A stretch of DNA of 64,000 bases from Antedon mediterranea (taxonomy: Eukaryota; Animalia; Echinodermata): the NCBI RefSeq assembly GCF_964355755.1, contig NC_092671.1, forward strand, positions 20,956,001 through 21,020,000. Direction: 5' to 3'. The position numbers were made by a program, and so were the translations under genes. The notes below the pieces were generated by a model. It searched no databases. It was not told the DNA's origin and saw nothing but the letters and a program-made list of their open reading frames with translations. This document shows, piece by piece, positions 52,198 through 64,000 of this stretch (positions are counted from its first letter, which is position 1; every line of letters begins with the position of its first letter).

Positions 52198-52720
52198 GAA
52201 CATTCCAAATTATTTGGTTTAACCATATAGGTATAGATTTAGATTTATGGGCCTCCTTGGAGAATAAACATAAATAGTATTGCAATGCTGTACAATACTG
52301 TTAAGGTATTAACCACTTTTGATCGCAATTTGAATCGCAAATTTCTTACTGTGAGTGTTGGTACTGTTAGATGTAATATAAAAATATATACAAATAAACT
52401 TTATTACTGTGAGTGTGGGTAGGCCCTACTGTTAGATTATAAACATATAATATACAAATAAACATTCCAAATTATTTGGTTTAACCATAGAGGTATAGAT
52501 TTAGATTTATGGGCCCCCTTGGAGAATAAACATAAATAGTATTGCAATGCTGTACAATACTGTTAAGGTATTAACCACTTTTGATCGCAATTTGAATCGC
52601 AAATTTCTTACTGTGAGTGTTCTGTTAGATGTAATATAAAAATATATACAAATAAACTTTATTACTGTGAGTGTGGGTAGGCCCTACTGTTAGATTATAA
52701 ACATATAATATACAAATAAA
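52198..52720. repeat. Tandem duplication, 2 x ~262 bp
   Basis: aacattccaaattatttggtttaaccatat... begins at ~52199 and again at ~52461. Confidence 0.9.
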
Positions 52721-53975
52721 TAAACGTTATTACTGACAGTTGCTTCTCAACGTTTGTATTAATTAATAATTTAAAAATATATAAACGTCGTAGTGGTGTA
52801 TCGTTACATGTACTTTACAATTTCAATCGACTATGACAGTGAGAGTTTTAACAAAGTACCGTATTAAATCGTAAATGTTTTACTGTATTTAGTGGTATAT
52901 TATTTATAGGCCTATAAAACATTAAAAACAATATTTCGTTACTGAGTGGATAAGAATATATTTTAAAATGTTTCCTCTTTGTACCTATCTTCTTCCCCCA
53001 TCCCTCAACCCTTAATGTTACATACAAAACACAAATTGGGTTTGTTTAAATGAGTCCAAATAAAAAAATTTGACTCATTTTGTTTCTCTCTCGGAAGTAA
53101 TTCCCAGGGTGCTAATTTTGGTTGACTACATAAATCATTGTGTATATTTATTCGTTTCTGTAAACGACAATGTATTATAGTCCTGCGGTACGTACATTTG
53201 AAATCTCCATTTTTTTCTCGCTGGAAATACTGTGTATTCGAGAACCATCTGTGGGCACGACCTAGATGGTACGCGAGCGAAGCGAGCGTGCCATCTAGTT
53301 TATTTAATTCAAACTACAGTAGCTTGACACAATCATAGCCTAGGCCTTCCCTACGCTAGACCGCGTACCGGGCAGCATTCGGACCGGTGATTCAAGCATT
53401 TTCAGTGACAACGTGATAACTTCAAAAATATGTTTTCAGGAAACTGGAATTTCGAAAAACCGGAAAATATATGCCTGCCCTAGGGTGTCCGGTATTGGGA
53501 GAGTTGACTGTAGTATCTTCACAAGCATGAATCACTTTTAAACAAAATTTGGTACTCATAAATTTCAGGTCAAATTTCATCATATGGCAATACAATTACG
53601 TGTCAAAATTTATTTTCAATGAAATAGAGTACTTTTCAGGCAATTTTAAAGCAGAAATGTCACTAAAACATTAATAAAATCCATATAAAGTAATACACTA
53701 ATAAAAACGGCTCATCCATAGCGTTACTTTTAAGATTTCGCCGTTATCACGAAAAAGCAAATTTAAAATAGCCACTTGAGCAATTCAATTACTTCCGGTT
53801 CGTATGCAGAAATATTTCCGTGACGTCATCTCGGGTGCTTCGCTTGGTTAGTTACACACACGAGTTGTTGGACACTGTATTTCTCTATTGTATTTCGCAT
53901 TCTTTTGTTTACGTAATCAATCTCTTGAGGCACTTTTGTTAAAGTTAACTTTTGTTGGTGTTAAATCAAAACACA

Positions 53976-54352
53976 ATGCCGTATTGTGCAGCATTTAATT
54001 GTACCAATACAACAAGTGGAGGATAAAATCGCGACCGGAATATAGGATTTTTTTCCTTCCCAAAGTCTTCGGGTCTGAGAAAGGCATGGATCCACGCCGT
54101 CAGACGAAAACATTTCCAGCCTAGCAAATTTGCAACGATATGTTCGGAGCACTTCTTGGAAGAAGACTTTGCGAAATACCCACCTAAACTTCGTGAAATA
54201 TGGGATTCAAAGAAAAAGTAAATTTGAAATTGAAAGACGGGGCAATACCTTCGAAGGTTACATTGCCTTCAGAAAGCACCGCCACCGAGAAGATCCCAGG
54301 CCCAGCTGCTAGTCGTAGTAGAGGCGCCTTTCAAAAACGTAGGCGAAGAGAA
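53976..54352 (+). pseudogene. THAP-domain first exon of the Kolobok transposase
   Basis: MPYCAAFNC...FFSFPK...RKAWIHAVRRKHFQPSKFATICSEHF...LKLKDGAIPS, with an in-frame TAA near 54023 and a donor gtaagt at 54353. Confidence 0.85.
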
Positions 54353-55279
54353 GTAAGTGTTGTTTTTACTTTTTCATTATTGCACTAACTAGGCTTACCA
54401 CCACCGCCGAATTTACCTGCCTGGATCGACAGGACAGGCCCCCTATGCCTAACCTCCACAAATTCTCATTTTAATGATAATAATAATAATAATGCCTTGT
54501 CAGTTTGGATTATAATATAAATGATGTGAATGAGAGGATGGTGTGTGCTGATCAGATAATGCAACAATTTTAAGTAGGCCTAGGCCTATATTATTATTTT
54601 ATTTATTATATGTCAAACAACAATATGTTTTATATACTTACAATAAAAAATAATTCAGGAAGGTTTATTTTTTTTTATTGCTAATTCGGTTCATTCAGTT
54701 AATTTATTCATGTTTGATATTATTTGCATAATAATAGTAATACAAGTTACTTTTACTTCTACAGAACTAAAGTGGTTTATTGAAAATAATATGTCCAGTG
54801 TAAATCATTTCTTGTATATTTTTTTAATAGAATATATTGAAAAGTTGCTAACTGAAGTGTTTGAAAGAAGACGAGCGAAGTCAGTCAAGATGCTCTTATG
54901 AATTATGCAAAAGCACCACCGGCCGTTAACGCCACATACCAACCGTATGACAAAGCAGACTTGGTCAAGAAAAGATGTACTCGTTTTCCAACTAAATAAC
55001 ATTTTAATAATCAAGGTAATAAAGTCCTTATTTGCATGTCTTACAATACACATGGTGAAACATACAGTAATTATATATGTTCTTGTCAGTATAAACTTAT
55101 AAAAATAGTTTTCAAAATTTTTTTTCTTTATCCTCAATCATGAATAAACTTAACTAAATAACTCTTTTGTTTATTGTTTTAATTGTAGGAACTGAACTTT
55201 GGCGAAACTGGTCGATTTCCAATCTATGCAACTGTACAATGTGACTGTACAATGTGCTAATTAGTCATGGAATTTTGGG

Positions 55280-56721
55280 GTATTTAAAGCCTACATATTG
55301 TTGCGCAGGAAATGCATTCCTAATAGTTGACACTACGCAAGACGGAAGTATTTTTCTTTTGCCCTTCCCAAGTAGCTTCCATACCCAAGTTGTAAACCTC
55401 CAGTAGGCAACATGGCGCGATATAGTCTGAAAACATAAAGAAAATTGTGATTAGTTAACAAAATAAATTTACCATCTTTAATGTCTCATTACAAGACAAG
55501 AAGTTGCATTGTTTTTATGGAAACTTGCCGGACCTTTGGGTCGGTAGTTGGTTTATTGAATTTGTTAATTTAATGTTGTCAGTTTTGTCATTAAAAATCT
55601 TATTTCCACTACAATACTGTTATACTTACAAACTGTTTCGTAATTAATTTGAGCGTTAATTCAAATATAGTATTTTATCAAACTTACTGATTCACTGGAT
55701 GATCATCGTCAAATGGACCTTCCTGTTTAACATAATGCCAGAAGGACACTTCAAGAACATCGCGGTCCAGACAGTTGTTTTTTAACCCAGTATGCTGTGT
55801 TATGCATCCAACCGCTCCCCCATTTTCTCTACCATCTCCTCTGTCTCATAACAACATACAGACTCAACAGCAGTTGTTGCTGTACAATGTGAGCACTTGC
55901 ACCTGCATAGAATCAACATTACAGCACTCAAATATATACTATATGCTGTTACTATACTAATTAATAGATGAAAATCAATATAAGCAAGGTCCTCCCAATC
56001 CCACCAAAAAAGCCCCAAACAAAAGCTAGGCTTCTGTAGCTAGCCTAGTAGAAATAGAATAAAGCCTATTACTGTGGCTAGCCTATTAGTATTGGCCTTA
56101 GTATTATAGAGTGTAGCAGCAGGCCTATAATTACGAAAAAATAATTACATTTTATTACAGTAAATATACTCAAAAGCCTAGTAAAATCAACAAATTTGAT
56201 CCAAAACAAAATGTCTTTCCCACCACCTTCCTCGCTGGCCGCATATGTATGGCCGTGATTTGTGTTTTTTTTGTGTTGTCCGATGCAGTCGGCGGGGGTA
56301 GAATCACAATTGTGAAAAGGCTACACATAACATACTTAGCTAACTAACGAATAATAAAGTATTAAAATGATTTTATTATAAAAACAGAAATAAGGAAGAT
56401 TTAAAGACTGTTTTACGATCGGTATTTAAACACTAACAAATATAACGTAGGCCTAGGCCGCGCCTATGACGGAGCCGATGCTAGCTAATTGATAGGCTAC
56501 AGAGCCTCCCGAGCCCGCTCCTCCCGAGTAGCCTATTTAAACATACCATGTTCAATTTCCTTCTCTTTCCTCCCTTCCTTCTCTTTCCTCCCTTCCTTCT
56601 GCCTCAACATCGTCTTCTTCTTCCTCATCGTCATTTTCAAATTCCCCAGCCTTTCTCAAAGGCTCATATTGGTATGGCTGAATTTCTAACGGAAAAGTTT
56701 CTTCTTCGGAATCGGAATACA
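55280..56721 (-). pseudogene. KolX accessory protein remnant (spliced, degraded)
   Basis: MYSDSEEETFPLEIQPYQYEP..., CKCSHC...ESVCCYE...CITQHTG..NNCLDRDVL, and LGRAKRKILPSCVVSTIRNAFP...YVGFK. Confidence 0.75.
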
Positions 56722-57853
56722 TTTTGCGAGGATTGGCTTTTTCATGTACTCATCCAGCGTGATCGTTTTCAGGGAAGATAGCGAAACCCGATATGACGTC
56801 ACGACTGTAAAGTTAATGAGTTGGCTCTAAACGCTCTAAATCGTATTTTCAAACGTCGATTTTAGCGGTAAAAATTGCATAAAAAATTTCAAAAAACCTA
56901 ATATATATTTTATTATACCTAAACAATCATCACAAATACTCAAATAGGTGTTGACATTTCTGCTTTAAGGGTTTAAAAAATGTCCATGAGTGCGCAGATT
57001 TTTGCACGTGCACTGCGCGTTAAACGTTACTGCATACTCTTTTTGTCTGATTTCTGTTGTACAACCTTTCTTTAATAATATCATCATATTTTGTTCACTT
57101 TTCAATTCGAATTTGCGTTATATACGAGCACGTCAAACGTGACAGGCTACGTACATGTAAGTTAACAAAATGGTGAAAATATGCTAAATTTTAAAAATAA
57201 TATAGATCGTCAGAATGCTCGGGAACACCTATTTTTTATTTCATTTTCTTGAAGTGTATGTATCATATGTATGATTTATTATGAAATTAAGAGAACAAAA
57301 GTTGATAAAGTCATCATTTATTGCATTTTAAATTTAAATCATTTTCTTAGGCCTAAATAACAAACTTAGTAGTCGTATCCCGCTGTGTAAGGGAATCTGA
57401 TTGAACAGTTACTGTTGCACAGCTCCATGAGTTAAGAAAATTTTTTGATTGGTCAATTGTGCGACCTGTATTGACCTGCAAAAATCTTATTTTATGTTCC
57501 AAACAGCGGTAACTGTGCACCAGTTTGCGGTACCCAATTTGCGGTAATGCTTTTATTTGATACGCCGCTCGAGTTTGATCACGTGACTGAGAATTTTCAA
57601 CTTTTCAATGTAAACAAGATCGTAGTGTTTGAAAGCATAAATAAAACACAAACAATTCATAATAATATTAATTCTTGTTTATTATGTTTAAAATTAATTG
57701 AAAATATGTTTACATTTACACATTTAATGTGAAAATAATGAAAAAATATGAATTAAAAACCAACCTACCGCTAATTAGATCAGGCCACATGGCTGGTCCA
57801 ATTAGCTGTAAGTAAGAAAATCTTAAAATGGACTAGTCCATGAGGTATTTTAT

Positions 57854-58420
57854 TGGTTATCTGCACTTGGTGGATTACCCCTTGTTATTGTCAGGATCTT
57901 TTTTTTTTCTGTCTTAATCTTATCTCTTTTCTTATTTTGTTGCACGTGTGTATCTAATTCTGATCAACATAATATTGTAGAACTTTGTCATAAGATTGAC
58001 CTGTATCTGTACTGTAGATGTGCAAGAAACTTTGTTATTATGACGTCAGAGTCACGCAGTGCACAGTACGCATGATTTTATGAAATTTTATGGTTGCTCA
58101 TAAATAAATAAGAATTTATTTTTCAATGAAACTTTACGAAAGTGTATTTCATAATATGGAGCAACTTTTGGCATGATCAAAATTGGGTGCTACGCAAAAA
58201 ATTACGGAAGTACGCGTATTTGAAATTTAAAAATGCGCAAAATTAATTTCTAATCAATGTTGCGTACATTTCAGGCCATTTGCGTTTTGCGCGCGTAAAA
58301 AGCGTAGAAAAATGGTTTTTGTAATTAATTTTTGTTTTTCATACCTTCTGTAGTAGATTACATTCATTTTGATGAACTTTAAATTTAATTGAAAAATAAC
58401 AGTGCATGTTGAACTTTAAG
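57854..58420 (+). mobile_element. Diverged HINE-like 5' fragment
   Basis: Hairpin ttggttatctgcacttggtggattacc and a T-run, followed by sequence resembling the reverse complement of the stacked family. Confidence 0.55.
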
Positions 58421-59810
58421 TAGGTATCCCAATGAAATCGCACAGAGGGGTATCACTTTGGAAATATTAACAAAATTTGAATAAGTAGTATGACTTTGAT
58501 GGTAAATAAATCGTATTTACTTTTAATTAATACTTATAAAATTTATATTGTTTGAAAGTACTTCTTGTTTTAATCTATGTATAAATGTGTTTACAATTAA
58601 AATTAATGAAGTAGTTGCCGAGAAAATGCGATTTTAAAACGGTTCTAAAATCCCAGCGAGCAGATTTACGAGCGTTGAAAACCTCATTGGAAAATCCCCA
58701 TCAGTTTTCAAAACACCATTGAAGCTAGCGGATTAATTTTTGTTGTATGTTATCAGGCTTTAAATGAGCTTTAATTTGATATGAAAATCGTCTTGTATTA
58801 ATAGGTTTTTCGTAACGAAAAGTCAATTTTTTTGACAAAAATACAATTTTGAATCACCCTTTACGGAAAAATATTATGGATTTTGGTATTAAATTATAGC
58901 TAAATCTACATTGAAATGAAATCGATAAAATATAGATTACAAACGTATTGTGCATGGTAATTGTGCGAACTACATTTTAAAATGGGGCATAAGGCGTAAA
59001 TCCCGTTCGGAATTTTTAAAGATTCAACCGCACGCGTTTGTTGTGGTGTTTTCCGTTAAATAAATTAATGCACCCTATCAGCGAATGGTACGTTCCATAT
59101 TTTGAACACATTGTTTAGTTTTCCTCGCTGAGTTCGGCTCGGCCGGCTCGACGCGAGATGTGTGACAGCAGCTAGCAATGTGATCAGCGGAGCTTGACAT
59201 GTCCCTTTCCGTTGTAGAATATCTGTTTTTAGATATTAATAACAGCTTAAAATTGGTGTATTGTGCAGAAGATTTATTATGCAAGTATACAATCCAAATG
59301 CGTTGGGTTTAAATGTACCGAAGACATTTATTAAGCTAATTTACCAACGTTACATTCGACTCTGTATACGGCGGTCGAAAGTAATTAACTGGGACCGAAA
59401 TACTTTGACGGGAGCTACTGCTGATCGTGAGTAAGCCGTTACTTGGTCTAAACTTTAGCTCCGTATTTAAATTTAATAACGTACTTACGGTTAGAAATAC
59501 GAAAAGAAAACCATTTTTATAATGTTATATACTATTCAGGTAAACAATTAATTGTTTTAATTAACATTGATTATTTTAAATGAGTTTATTTTGACCCATT
59601 GTGTGTTTGTCATAGAGCATATCTTAGCCCGGCTTAGATTTGGTTTCATAATCATTCGGGCCTAAAATCTTGTTTATGTATTCAAAATTTATATATAATA
59701 GTATTTATGATTGAAATTATGAATATAAAGTATATTAAAATAATATAATAATCATACTTACCAAAAATTTGTGTGAAATAAAGGAAACAGTACACAAAGT
59801 TTTTAAAAAT
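58421..59810 (-). mobile_element. Second, truncated copy of the 45580-47555 element in inverted orientation
   Basis: Starts taggtatcccaatgaaatcgcacagaggggtatcac and is collinear with the reverse complement of ~46160-47555. Confidence 0.88.
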
Positions 59811-59870
59811 CAAACTTGAAATATTGTATAAAAAAAGCTAAACAGAAATTTAAGAAAAAAATTTAGCGAA

Positions 59871-61320
59871 AATTAGATTTGAACTCGTCACTCTTGACGA
59901 GTTATTTATCCGCACGACAAATGCCGCGTTCACCTTACGAATTTTGCATACAGAAAAAAGATTACTTTGCATTATGACCTAAACTGAAGAATATGATATG
60001 TTGTTAGTGTTGAATTCTGTCAATTTTATGTCATGTAGTATATACGGTATAAACAGTATATTAAATCTGTATACATATTACATACAGTGTAGAATAGGTG
60101 AAATTACGGAACTCGCCATTTATTTCAATTTTTAATATGGCCAAGGTATCAAACTGAAACACTAAGATAGCAAATTCGAAAGGACATTATCTCAGCAACA
60201 ACATATTAACGTGTAGAAGAAATTTGAATACGTAAAATATAGATGCTCGCTCTTTTAAATGTGATGAACTATGACGCAAAACATGAAAATACAACTTTTT
60301 TTATTCAAATGTCCATATGATGACGTCACAACATCTGATTGGCAAAATGTTCACATGAATTCGTATCTACAATCTAATAGCTTCCAGAAAACGTTTTAAT
60401 CATGATTTGCTATAACAGATTGAAATTTACTGTAAAGATGAAAATACGTGACCCACATTATTTACATTTTTAGACATGATGACGTCATAAAAATTAAAAG
60501 ATAGTTGATTGACCTAGACAATATCAAAATCGAGGTGAAAATGGAAAAAGAATAAGTGGAGATGCGCTCTATTAAATGTGAGGAGCTACTGTATGACGAA
60601 AGATGCAAAAATCCTGTATTTTATATTCGCGTGGCCATACGATGACGTCACAATGTCTGGTTAGCCATATTGATGCATGATTCGATATCTACAACTCATC
60701 AACTTCCAGAATATGTAATTAAAAAAAAGTTCACCTCGTAGTTTAGAATCTATGACTGTTTAAATAAAGGCATAATTTTGACGAATCTTTAATTTTTTTC
60801 ATCAAAAACGCGCGCAAATTGTCCAATTCTACGTGCTCGTATGACGTCATTTTAAGTCGAAATTGTTTAAAAGTTTGTAAAATTACTAGAAAAGGCTGGA
60901 AAAACATAAATAACTCCAAAAAATAATGTTTTTAACGCTACGTGCACACCGCGCGTAAAAATTTTGGCGCTCATGGGAATTTTTGACATGCTCAAAATGA
61001 CATGAAACTTGTAGAAAATTGATTAGAATTTTTTTTTTTTCATTTTTAAATTTTTAATGCACGTGCGCGCATAACTCTGTGTAAAACACGCAATTTTTTT
61101 CCACAGAAAGTTAGCGCATGATATAAATTAAACTTTTGCAAAAGTTTCAATTTAAAATGTTATTTGGTTTTTTACCTATGTTAAATACGCGAAATTCATA
61201 AAATCGCGCGTAAGTCACGTTGCACAATTGTAAACAAGCTGAAAAGGTTCGCTGCACAACTTTATATGAATGACGATATGTTGAGAAAGTTACGAAATGT
61301 TACTGTATGTTTGCAAGTTT
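59871..61320 (-). mobile_element. Additional HINE-family copy, truncated
   Basis: aattagatttgaactcgtcactcttgacgagttatttatccgcacgac followed by body sequence collinear with the stacked units. Confidence 0.85.
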
Positions 61321-61399
61321 TTTTTTTATCTTTTATGTGTCTCTCCCATCTTTATTCATTCAATATTTATTCATTCAATAAAGTATATACAAAATTCAT

Positions 61400-62745
61400 T
61401 ATTATAAATGAGGGTACGTTTATTTTAAATACATAATATAAAAATAACGCTTAAAAAAGAACGACGTTTCGACTCCATCATGGGGTCATTATCAAGTCCA
61501 ATGAATAAAATATAAAACAACAACTAATTAAGTAGCACAAGCCAAGGGTCAAAGTTTAATAACAAAAGACCTATTGTCTAACATCCTGTCAAATGAAAAG
61601 CTTAAGCTTTTACAGAGTCACTTTTTTTATTCAGACTAGGTTTTAATTGTCTGATATACAACATTTCATAGATAAGACAGTCAAATTTGTTTTTGCATTT
61701 CGTAAGTATACTAAAACATGAATTAATTTTACTTGGATTAACAATCACGTTATGATCCTTCAAATGCTGTCCTATTAAGCATCTACTATGTTCAACAATG
61801 CGTTGGTAGAGGTGTCGGCATGTATATCCAACATAACTTGCATCGCACAAGTCACATTTAAATTTATACACAACACATTGTTGACTTAGTAGGTTTCTTT
61901 TCGACTTTCCTAATGTTATCTTTAACTTTTTTACTTATGAATACAGGGACAATGCTTTTGTTTATCTTGTGACTTAGTTGGCATAGCTGTCGCTTGACGG
62001 AGTTCGCAGATTTCTGGTCTTTGAATGGCAGGATGATTCGCACTGGTATTTCGGATAAATCTGTTTCACCTTCTGCAGTGTTGTTATTGCTCTCTGCTGG
62101 TTTAAAGTTCTGTATGGTTGTTGTTATTAGTTCATCTGGATATTTCAGACGCTTAAAAATCTTCCTTAGAATTTCACATTCATCATTAAAAAGCTGGTGG
62201 GTCGACGATAGTTTGTAAGCCCGATTTAACATAGTTATAATAAGTGACCTTTTATACTTGTCAACGTGACTATTGTAGTGTAGCAATAAGCCTGTGTCTG
62301 TTGGCTTTCTATAAACCCGTGTGTGCAATTTTTCCAAATCTTTGGTTATCAGCATTCCTAGGAAAGGGATTGAATTGTTCACGGCAGTTTCCATTGTGAA
62401 CAAATGTTCCTTTAACCGAGACAATTCAAGTTATTGCTGATAAAGCATTTACTAACAACTGGTTCAACGATAATTATGGACTAAACTTAGATAAGGACGA
62501 TTTAATTGTACTCCTCAATATAGCAACGAAAGATCAGCTATTCCAATTTAATGGTAACTTGTATGAACAGGTTGATGGAGTTGCAATGGGATCACCTCTA
62601 GGGCCCCTTATGGCAAATGTATTTATGTGCCACATCGAGGAACGCCTTGAATCTACGAACCACATTCCCAAATACTACAAACAGTATGTTGATGACGCAC
62701 TAGTATTCATGCCAAATCTAGAAGCAGCCAATGAATTTTTAGCTT
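61400..62745 (-). mobile_element. Penelope-like retroelement with 5' inversion (RT + GIY-YIG)
   Basis: Minus strand 61602-62400: FTME..IPFLG..VYRKPTDTG and YKFKCDLC.ASYVGYT.RHL..RI.EH. Plus strand 62400-62742: TNVP, YEQVDGVAMGSPLGPLMANVFM, YVDD. Confidence 0.92.
61459..61499 (-). ncRNA. Minimal type I hammerhead ribozyme, U3-A8 variant
   Basis: Minus strand GGAC UUGAUAA U GACCCCA uga UGGAGUC GAAA CGUC GUUC: stem I GGAC/GUUC, stem II, palindromic ACGU stem III and a GUC cleavage triplet. Confidence 0.72.
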
Positions 62746-63094
62746 TTTATTTCCACTTTGAAGGTTCGTCGTTAAAGAGACGTTTAGCCCGGTGCCTTTA
62801 TTCCACCATGACAATATTCATTTACAAGTGTTGACCTTTTTATTTTTTCTCCTTTTTTATCCCATAGAAAGTCATACATACTATGTTATCAACTTGTTTT
62901 ATGACATGTTCAGGTGTTGTTAAAATACTTGTCATGTAAATCAGTTTTGCTAAAGCTAGTTTTTTTTTTTTCTCTTTTGTGGCGTTAACCACTATTTATT
63001 CATTTCATTTCATCAACAGATTAATACAATTATTTCTAATAATAATAATAACTATTCATTGTTATTCTTACTTTTGTTTGGTTTGGTGTATTTA

Positions 63095-63128
<34 letters not shown>

Positions 63129-63530
63129 TTTTTATTTTATCAACGTTACTGTTCTTGGAATCAGAGCATTATTTCTTTTCTGTTATCCACCTTTTTTCAT
63201 AATTTTCTAGTATTTTTTTGTTCTATAATTCTCAACATCTAACATTGTGAACACTTAACTAATAAATGTACTGTAGGAGATACATTTACTAATGTTGTAT
63301 AGTTATTTTCGGTAGTATTTTTGACATACAATTCATTTATACCCTATATACAGATTATATACATTATTTTAAAATACGAATAAAAAAAACAAAAACAAAA
63401 ATATTAAAAATGCTTTTCTTACTCCTGTGTCTAGTTTTATGTCTCATGGTTATATTTGTTTGCTTATCTTCTCGTGCGTTACTTATGTTGCGTTACGTTT
63501 CTTTTTTGTTTTCAATATTAATTTATACAA

Positions 63531-64000
63531 TTTTTTTTTTTTTTTTTTATTTATATTTCATATAAGATAAAATGAAACTGCCTATGTGTATTATACAACA
63601 TTTTTATGTAATATATTTTAAATAATCAGATTCACATCAATATAAATTATAATAGGTGGTTAAGGTAAGATCTTTTGTTTTTTTCCGCCATAAAAAGACG
63701 AGACAATGATCCGGTCCATTTGTTTACATTTTTCAAAGTATGTGCCTTGTAAACGCTGAAGCATCCAATAGAGAACATGTGGTCTACATATTTGTTTCCT
63801 GTACCTAGTACAATGTTTCGATAATTTGCCTCGATCCCAAATTTGTGCATGGTGTAAACGTTAATATATTCCCATAAGGGTTTTACTTCAGTGCATTCAT
63901 AAAAGAAATGGGCATCATCCTCTACTACGTTGCATTGTAGGCAAGTATCTGTGTTGCTTATTTTCCATTTTAACAGCCTTCTTTTGGTAGGTGTTATACA
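63531..64000 (-). mobile_element. L1/Tx1-like LINE 3' end running off the window
   Basis: PTKRRLLKWKISNTDTCLQCNVVEDDAHFFYECTEVKPLW (zf-RVT-like), then a 3' UTR and poly(A) tail (T-run 63531-63548). Confidence 0.8.

Larger units (their letters stand above)
44871..53510 (+). mobile_element. Tigger/pogo-like DNA transposon, internally deleted and multiply interrupted
   Basis: ta|cagtcaactctcccaataccggac ... gtccggtattgggagagttgactg|ta. Confidence 0.92.
53650..56964. mobile_element. Kolobok DNA transposon, deleted derivative
   Basis: ttaa|agcagaaatgtca ... tgacatttctgct|ttaa, containing convergent THAP and KolX remnants. Confidence 0.88.
44636..57310 (+). mobile_element. Older HINE-like element in opposite orientation, fragmented (~44636-44870, 53513-53649, 56965-57310)
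   Basis: Begins with hairpin taggttatatgcatgaatgcatataacc plus a T-rich microsatellite. The pieces resemble the reverse complement of the stacked family and resume after each insertion. Confidence 0.5.

Noticed and set aside
50420-53300. Additional small elements inside the Tigger 3' region (hairpin end at 53261-53300, MITE-like end at ~51543)
   Set aside because: Only single ends are recognisable; partner ends and TSDs could not be established.

Overview
AT-rich animal (probably marine invertebrate) genomic DNA made almost entirely of nested transposable elements; no ordinary host gene is evident. The main finding is a 10.8 kb element at 7017-17843 with Polinton/Maverick-type ends (AG...CT termini, ~215-270 bp TIRs, perfect 6-bp TSD TGTGTC). 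It has no detectable polymerase, integrase or capsid genes. It carries two spliced minus-strand genes: a tandem PC4-PC4-ALKBH2 (AlkB dioxygenase) fusion, broken only by an A8 slip site, and a small Cys/His-motif protein. A young non-autonomous LTR element and a LINE fragment have inserted into it. Also present: an 11 kb strictly last-in-first-out stack of seven Helentron-like (HINE) elements (31559-42643); two Penelope fragments with variant minimal hammerhead ribozymes; a deleted P/THAP9 element and two P-type footprints; a Tigger/pogo element split by three insertions; a Kolobok element (THAP + KolX); and Academ, CR1-like, RTE-X-like and L1/Tx1 remnants plus several MITEs. All family assignments come from motif recognition by eye, not database searches.
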